Origin: Geosiphon pyriformis uo1
Lineage: Eukaryota; Fungi; Glomeromycota
DNA length: 64,000 nt
Direction of reading: 5' to 3'
NCBI GenBank assembly: GCA_016748015.1
Contig: JAAOMT010000561.1
Location: 132,026 to 196,025 of the forward strand
In this document: piece by piece, positions 56,101-64,000 of the stretch
How the letters are laid out: each line of letters begins with the position of its first letter
Numbering within the stretch: the first letter of the stretch is position 1
Notes under the pieces: generated by a model
What the model was told of the DNA's origin: nothing
Seen by the model: only the letters and a program-made list of their open reading frames with translations
Databases searched by the model: none
Made by a program: the position numbers and the translations under genes

Positions 56101-56228
56101 GTAATCAACGGATGTTCGCTAATGATATGGCAATTCAAAGTGATGAGGACGGTAACGGTGTCAAAAGTGGCAGGTCAAGTCACGACAGTGTGAACAAAAA
56201 TAATCGCACAAGTCAGGAACGGCGATAA
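53183..56228 (+). CDS. Kelch-repeat (galactose-oxidase-like propeller) single-pass membrane protein with long disordered cytoplasmic tail, 5 exons
   Basis: N-terminal hydrophobic signal (GLLIFLIIFLSL); repeats RAAHSA..IIFGG, AYHSA..MFGG, RRAHTA..IFGG and RFGHSA..VYGG; TM segment IVAIVAGVIGGLLILLILITIIMIVY followed by RR. Confidence 0.85.
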
Positions 56229-56855
56229 AAATTCAAATAGTGTGTACTTCCCAAAAAACATTCATTCCCGAAATAGAACTTCATGCTGAACTTTTCGATG
56301 TAGCAATTAAGTGATGGTGAGAGTCGTGGTGTTGAATTGAGAGAAAAAACAATGGTCGTTTAGGTTTCATTTTTATCAATATTTATATTGATATAGACAA
56401 GATCTGAAAGAATGAGCATCTTTTTTTGTTTAATGCCTAAAATTTTTAGATGTTGATCTCACACTTTCTTCTATTTTCCAATCTGTACTTTTGTATTATT
56501 CTTTTTTTTGTTTCATTTGTATTTTCTCACTTTCTCGATAACTCATGAGCAACACCTTTTTTATTTTGAATCTGCTCAAAAAAAAATTTTCATGCCATTT
56601 GTAAATTTCTGGAATATCGTTGATTAGTTGTTTTTGTTTCACCCTGAGCAAAGCTCCAGAGTATTGGAATAAAAACTTTTGTTACCAACGTCTGTCCCCT
56701 TTTTCTAAAGGAAAACGTTCTCAGGACCAATACAAATGTGAAAGAACTTTGACTTGGGTAAATAAGATGCGTGCTTTCAAAAATTAATATTAATATTTAA
56801 AGCTGAGTGGGATATTTAAATATAGATTTGACCGGTTAATATCAACAGATCGATC

Positions 56856-57736
56856 TTATTCAATTCTCTGATACCGCCTGTTTTTCCACCAAAGCCATAA
56901 TCCGGTACCACCCAACATAGCAGCATTGACCCAATTCAAAATTGTTGAAGATGAGGCAAGGGCAAAGGCGACATCATATGATTCATATGCAAACATACCC
57001 GAATTATTTTTCAAGTAATCAATAGTATAGATTGCATTAGTTTGTAGAGCCGCTATAAAATGAATTTAGTTGTTCAACATGAGTTAATAAATTAAAGACA
57101 ATAGAGATGTTATGTCATAATTAAAGGCTCACCCGATAATGCAAACATCCCTGTAGCCCACATCCATGCATTAGTTCGATGACTCGAGTCAGGCATTAAG
57201 ACGAAAAAGAATAAATATAATAAAGCGATAGTAGAAATGAAGGCCGCAAGGATCAGATCATAAATAGCTGCACTCCAATTGTCGCAAAACCCTTCTTCGT
57301 TACAGTCACCATAATCTTCCAAGGGAAAATTGCGACAACCGCCAACCAGCGTGGAGCATTTCTTGAGAAAAGGAAAAAAAATTAAAAGATAATAATTACT
57401 TTTAACTGTGAAATTATTTTTTGCTTTACCTTGAAAAGGCCATAGCTCGTAACTGTTTTATTAGGTCTTGGAGTTTCGAAATATAACCTGATTAAATAAA
57501 ACAAAATTTCTAAATGGTGAGAGTCCGATACAAGGAAAGACGGGCACTAACTAATAATTCAATTTTTTTTAATCTCTACTAAATTATTGACAAAAACTAC
57601 TTTTTCAAAGTTTTAGTGAGAACTGTAGAATCCCATTAATTCCTTACCAACGAGGAATCAATAAAGAAATAACTGACACCACGAAAGAACAGGCAAAAAT
57701 TGAAAAGCTGACAATGTAAACTGCAACAGTCACCAT
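56856..57736 (-). CDS. Claudin/PMP22/SUR7-like four-TM protein, 4 exons
   Basis: Spliced: MVTVAVYIVSFSIFACSFVVSVISLLIPRW-LYFETPRPNKTVTSYGLFK-KCSTLVGGCRNFP...YQRIE*. Contains the W..GLF.C..C claudin-type signature and four hydrophobic segments; all introns GT-AG. Confidence 0.8.
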
Positions 57737-58497
57737 TTTTGGTTTTTGGAGGTGCGTTCGGGAAGGTTGGGAACGTGTTATAACTGAATGCGTGTGATCA
57801 TTCAATGATGTCAAGATCTACATTTGCAGTCTGAGGTCATTACAATAGCGTGTGAAATTGTATGGAAAAAGTACGTGGGAATTAAGCTGCGTAACCCCAT
57901 AATTTCATGAAAACAGTTTTTATTAGAAGTTGCACCGTAAAAAAGACGTTAGCAAGTCGAAACTTTACCTTTAATATTAAAACCTTATTTAATGGGCGAT
58001 GGCGGAAAATTTATTTAGTTCGGACTTTGAAACCTCCAAGATTACCAAATAGAAAGGAATATTATGGTATCCAATTTTGGGTCATTTTATGCAGATATGA
58101 AATTCTTGTAATCTAGATCGGGAACTTTGGATAATAGAAACTGACGCCTTTCATATTTTCATGGACATTGATAATCGATTCTACTTCTGTTTGTGAATTA
58201 AAGACAAATTTACCCACCCACAAATTCGTTCCTTTTCTTTCATAGAGGCTGAAATAAAATTATGCCAAAACAATTGAGAAATTTAAAATTCAAACATTTT
58301 TATTACCGCTTTGGGGTAGAGTCAAAATAAAGTTATAACGCATATTCATGTTTCTAGAAACAAATACTTCGAGATCTAAGAGTATATTATTGTTGAAAAA
58401 CAGATCACATAATTATGCTGATCCAATTATTAAAAGCCTCGAATGAAAAATAAAAGTTTTTTTAAAAGGTGTGATAATATACTATATTCAGAGGTAC

Positions 58498-61289
58498 TTA
58501 ATATCCCCCTTGCATTTCGGCAATGACTGCCCTAGCTCGATCCTCACTCATTAAGCCGAAACGATACATTGTCATATTAAATGAGGCATCCCCTGCTGTC
58601 AAAGATCTCAAGGCTGATGCATAACCCAACATTGATGATAATGGGACATGCGCTTGGATAACTCTTTTGGCTTTGAAAATCCTATTTTTGCCTACATTTT
58701 CTTTATCATTATAGGTAGAATCCGGTGGGGCGTAAACCTCATTTTTCTGTTGATGTATGGGAACAGCAGACCCATATAAATGGACAGCTTTTTGGGCTGT
58801 TTCTAAAGAAATTATGTGTCCTCGACGAACTCCGCTAAGGTCGCTCAGCACAATACCCAAATATTCTTCTGAAACCTCAACAGTTACTTTCATCAACGGC
58901 TCCAGCAAGGAAGGTGATCCAACCTTAACGGCTTGCGAGAGTGCTTGTGAGGCACATGCGCTAATGGCTGTTTTCGTCGATTCAGCTCCGAAAAGTTTAA
59001 TCGAATTGACTCTAACATGAATTCCAGATAGCGGGAACCCAAGTATCGGACCACGGGAAAGAGCCGAAAGAATACCACTGTGTATAGCAGCCTTAATTTC
59101 CTTACTCTCTAACGTTGTATAGGCTTGATATTGAGGATTTGCAGAAGATTCAAGCGAGTTTACCGCCTCGTCCTCTAATTCAACCTCGATTTCAATTCTG
59201 TTACCACCATCAGACGCTATCCCATTATCATCCTCCGCAAGTGGTTGAATAAGTAGGGTGATCTGTGCTTTAGCTTGCTTACCCATAAGCTCTCGATCAT
59301 ATAAGTTTGTAAAATCAGAAACCTCTGCAGTAACCGTTTCCCGGTAAGATATTCGCATTTTGCCAATTTCTGCTTTCACCTTAAATTCATTCAACAAGCG
59401 ATCTTTTACAATTTCCAGATGCAACTCCCCCATTCCACTAATTAGATTTTGACCAGATTCTGGGTCAGTATTCAAATGAAGTGAAGGGTCTTCTCTTAAA
59501 ATATTTTTTAATGCATCCTCAAGCGGCTTCTCTTCCGAAGCTGAGATAGCTTCCACAGAGCAGAAAAATACAGGTGCAGGAATATCAATGGTCGGTAGGC
59601 GAAGAGTTTTACGAGTATCATTCATCTGTATTAATGTGTCTCCGGTGCGCGTTTCCTTTAAACCAATAACTACTCCAATATTTCCCGCTGTGATTGAAGA
59701 AATTTCTTCCGCTTCATTGGCGTACATTTGGAATATTTTGTTAACGCGTTCTTTTTGACGAATGTTCGTGTTGTATAGTGTCATGCGATTATCCAATTGA
59801 CCTGATGAAAAAAAACAATATATATATAAAAGTTAACAATGAAAGATATATTTTCTTGGTGCTTTACCTGAATAGGTCCGGATAAACACCATTGCCCCGC
59901 GTTTTTCATCATGAATAACTTTAAACGCAAGAGCACACAAATTATCTTTTTCCCGTAACGGAATTTCTACTAGCTTTCCATCTTCTAAACTAGCTAAAGG
60001 AGGTGGTCTCTCTAAAGGAGAAGGCAGATAATCTACAATAGCGTCCATCAATGGCTGCACACCAATATTTCGAAAAGCTGCACCACAAAACACAGGAATG
60101 GCTTTTCCACCAAGGGTCACTCTGCGCAATGCCTGGCGGATTTCATCGGCAGATACTTTGCCTTGTTCTTCAGAATTCAAATATGTATCCAAGATAATAT
60201 CGTCAATTTCGGATAAAGCTTCAATGAGGCTTGTTCGACCTTTCAGGGCTTCCGCGTATAATTGCGGCATAGCATGGTTTTCAGTTAATGGACTTCTTTG
60301 AATAACAGATCCATTTGGGTCTTTATTCCAGTCAAGTACATGCATATTAAGTAGGTCAACCACACCGATAAACGAACTGCTCCCTTTGTCATTAATTTCC
60401 ATTACAGGAATTTGGCAAACCAGCGGATTAACTTGCAATTTATATTGAATTTCTCTAACAGTCCTGCCAAACCCAGCACCTATACGGTCCATCTTATTTA
60501 CAAAGGCGATCCTCGGGATACCATATCGATCCGCCTGGGCCCAAACTTTCTGGGTTTGTGCTTCGACTCCCGAAACAGCATCTAAAATTGTAACAGAACC
60601 ATCGAGAACGCGTACACTTCTTTCAACCTCAATGGTGAAATCAACATGTCCAGGTGTATCGATTAGATTAATACGATGCTGCCTCCATCCAAAAGTAATT
60701 GCAGCTGAGGTGATGGTAATTCCACGTTCACGTTCTTGTTTCATGTAGTCCATTACCGTATCACCTTCATCCACATCTTTGTGGCATTTTCCGGTGTTAA
60801 ATCTCGGAAATAAGAATTGAATCAATAAATTGTACTGAAAAAAAACTTTTCGCATACAACTTGCCCCCTATTCTCCGTGTAAAGCCTGAATAATGCAGCA
60901 TGCGTTCGGTAGTCGTTGTCTTGCCTTTATTTCAAATATAATAGCTGAAAATCTGGTCCGAATGTGAAAATTTTTTTCGTATATAAGGGAAATAATGGAA
61001 ATACCCGCATCAATGTGTGCTATTATCCCAATATTTCTAGTATTTTTTATCGTATAGTCTAATAGGATAAATAATTATTCGAAACTCGTGGAGCTGTTAA
61101 TTTAAGAAAGAGGAAAGTGAAATAAAAACCTTCTGAGGCAGTTGAATAGAGAAGTTTTGAACATGAATTCTGGTAAGCAGTCCAGTTCTTGAAAGACCGA
61201 CAGAGGAATAAAAGGTTTCCCCAATACTCATTATTGTCAACGCTTTTTACCATAAATGCTTTTCGCATCATTTTCGAAAGTAAAAACAT
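58498..61289 (-). CDS. MEF2: Mitochondrial elongation factor G2/ribosome-recycling factor, 5 exons
   Basis: [63 protein letters not shown]; basic N-terminal presequence-like exon; domain-V insert (YAPPD) recalled as typical of fungal EF-G2. Confidence 0.9.
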
Positions 61290-61923
61290 GAGTCAAAAAT
61301 TTAAAGATCTGAAAATTAAACCAAATTTAATTATTGAAAAAATTATTATATAATAACTTTAAACATTGTTGTTATTAATTGAACAAATCATTTATATTGT
61401 TATTGTTAAATTTTTTAGTTTTTAGTTTATTTAATTATCCAATCATATTTAGTCACATGTTTTAGCAACTTGTGATATGTTTGGTTATTAAAAAAGATCT
61501 GGTTAATTGGCTGGCTGCATTTGAAAGAAAGAATTAAAATATGGAAACAGTTTATTAAGTTTTTTAAATACATTTATCACAATTATAAAAATAAAATTAT
61601 AACAAATTTTAAGTTAATCAACAAATATTCAATGAAATATACTTGGTATAAGTTTTAAATACATTAATAATTTTTTAATTAAGAATATTAATTAGTTGTA
61701 TATAATTTTAATATAATATTTGAATTTTATTTTTATTTTTTATTTTATTAATAAAGTTATAACTAATATATATATATATATTATAAAATTTATTTATTAA
61801 AAATTGTTAATAATAATCAAAAAAAGCTATATAATTTGTTTTATTTTAATATATTATGTATTTAATATAATAAAATAATAATATTATTATGATTAAAACC
61901 TATACTTCTTATTAATTATTACA

Positions 61924-64000
61924 TGTATTAGCCACTAATGTCATATAAATTAGCCACTCTATTTTTAGAAAGTAATCATTAACCTAATCATTGACCTAAC
62001 TATTGATCTAATCATTGATCTGATTATTGATCTGATCATTGACTTGATTATTAACCTAGTCATTGACCTGATCATTAACCACTTTTGATAGCTATATAAG
62101 TGATAAATCTTTTAGCTGTAGAAAAACATATCAAAAATCAAAGAAATAAAATAAATAAAATAACAATTTTCATCTTAATCATTCTCTTATTGCTAATTTC
62201 TTTTTTTCTACCTTTAAGTATCCAAACATCTTGGAATAAAAGATCATTTGTTGGTTATTCTTTACTCTTTTCCTAAAAAACGTGTAATTGTAGTATTTAA
62301 TGATTATTAAATAAAACATAACTAAAGAGCACATCTAATACCTGATATTGAATTTTAAGAGTGCTAACATGAGGCATAGAATTATACCAGGCATAATCAT
62401 TTGTTAACAGTATAGACTATCCCTTTATCTTCAGATTTCCTGGTTATTTTTGAAAAGTATAGTGACTGAAATATTTTATGAGACTGATCTTGCACATTGA
62501 ATCCATACTTATTCAATTCGCTCTTTGAAGTTGAATTCTCTTTGATTTCTTTTATTATCCTACAATTTTGTTCTCTCTTGCTATCCGTTAGCTTGTTACT
62601 CCAACTCATAACATAAAAATGGTGCTTTCTGTGAAGTTGTCAAAATCCACTCTGTTTCTTATTCTATGAATGATTATTCATATCTGCCATAACAATCAGA
62701 AAAAAACTTTGAAACACACAACAAAAATGATTTAAACTTTATTGAACTCAATCCTTTGCCCTTCTGCTTAATTTGCTTCTTCATTGAAGAACAATTCAGC
62801 AGACAATTCCAAAACTTTTGGAACTGATTCTTAAATGAGCATTCAGCTGAAACCTACACAGTCTATACAACTTATTACTTTGATTAAGCTTATTTTGAAA
62901 ACAACTTTAAAGAAAGAAACAACAGCATTAATCAGCTTTTATATTCCACAACCTTTAAACAACAGCCCTCTGATTTCGAATATCTGAATCATCAAATCTA
63001 TACTTGAATTGCTGCCCATCAATCAACTAAAACTCCTCTTGAAACAGAAGAAGAAAGCTATCAAACTGCTTCTGTTTTTGATCTCTTCTCAAGTAAATTA
63101 GATCATTCTACTCAAACAGTAACTCCTAAACCAATGATTAATTATCTTATACAACAGAACATTCTGATTGCTCTCCAAGGCATACAAACTGTTTTGGGAA
63201 GAAAAAACAACACTCTATTACCCTTGTTTAGAGATGATGCACAAGATCTAATTGAATGATTGGACAACTTTGAAAGAGCTGCCACAGCCAACCAATATGA
63301 TAATAAGTTTCAAATCATTGGTAGCTACCTTCAAGGCTCTTCTGTTACTTGGTTCTTACAAGAAACCAATACCAATGCTCAGCAAAAAATTATTAAATAG
63401 GCATCAGCAAATGCTGAAAAAGACAACACCTTTTTTACTACCCAGTTTGAAATAAAATTTAGAACTCCTATCTTGATATCTAAATGGTGCATAAAATTAG
63501 AAAAAAGAATCCAAGATCCTGGTGAAGTTGTAACTGAGTATGCCAAAGCAATCAGAAAATTAATCAAGCAAGTAGACTCTGGAAGAAACTAAACAGAAGA
63601 GCAAAAAATTCATTCCTTTACAAAAGGATTAAAAACTGATCTTTCCTATGCTTTTTGGCCTTTTCTGATACTGAAAGACAATTTTACAATGGATATGGCC
63701 ATTGAACTTGTTCAGAGAATAAAAGACAATCAAAGAATGCACCTAGGATTTACACTTCTAGTTTTTGCTTCTGCTCCTGTTATGACTTCTGCTTCCCAAA
63801 TGGCTGCTACTTCTTTTGCTGCCCAAACTCAAGACCCAAATAAGCAGTTAATAGATAAACTTACAGCCAATCTTGCCCAGTTACTGGAACCCTTAGCCCA
63901 AGCAATTAGAAAAAATTAACAACCCCAAAAACCCAGATTTGAACCCCATTTTAATTAACCTCAGCAATTTCCTTATCAAAGACAACAAAATTGTAGTCCA
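61924..64000 (+). mobile_element. Ty3/Gypsy-like LTR retrotransposon 5' part: putative LTR (61924-62613), PBS (62620-62636) and stop-interrupted gag; runs off the right edge
   Basis: TG...CA-bounded segment followed by TGGTGCTTTCTGTGAAG; gag motifs QD.IEWLDNFERAATAN, LEKRIQDPGEVVTEYAKAIRKL and QKIHSFTKGL. Confidence 0.75.
61981..62076. repeat. Eight 12-bp tandem units (consensus GACCTGATCATT) inside the putative LTR
   Basis: Units aacctaatcatt, gacctaactatt, gatctaatcatt, gatctgattatt, gatctgatcatt, gacttgattatt, aacctagtcatt, gacctgatcatt. Confidence 0.9.

Noticed and set aside
61981-62076. Short tandem arrays (here and the 38598/38652 duplication) as CRISPR-like arrays
   Set aside because: No series of unique spacers, no cas genes, eukaryotic context

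Overview
Eukaryotic, intron-rich fungal DNA. The gene style and TE families suggest an early-diverging fungus, probably Glomeromycotina (AM fungi/Geosiphon-like); this is inference. The window alternates between gene islands that retain CpG and very AT-rich blocks of decayed transposons. Eight spliced genes were reconstructed by eye: VIP1 inositol-pyrophosphate kinase (+), cyclin L-like (-), M1 aminopeptidase APE2-like (+), GDA1 NTPDase (-), a stand-alone C-CAP-like protein (+), a Kelch-repeat single-pass membrane protein (+), a claudin/SUR7-like tetraspan (-) and mitochondrial EF-G2/MEF2 (-). TEs comprise one full-length but stop-riddled LINE (APE-RT-RNase H) with TSD and poly(A), three older or partial LINEs, nested decayed Ty3/Gypsy elements, and a Tc1/mariner element inserted in reverse into a sibling copy. 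Most notable observations: (1) a U12-type AT-AC minor intron in cyclin L; (2) a GC-rich multi-stem RNA with a tandemly duplicated hairpin in aminopeptidase intron 1, and a second foldback in a VIP1 intron; (3) repeat-restricted C-to-T hypermutation on both strands in all contexts (RIP-like); (4) a hidden signal-anchor extension of the aminopeptidase that lacks a contiguous ATG. Exon boundaries, alignments and counts are manual and approximate.
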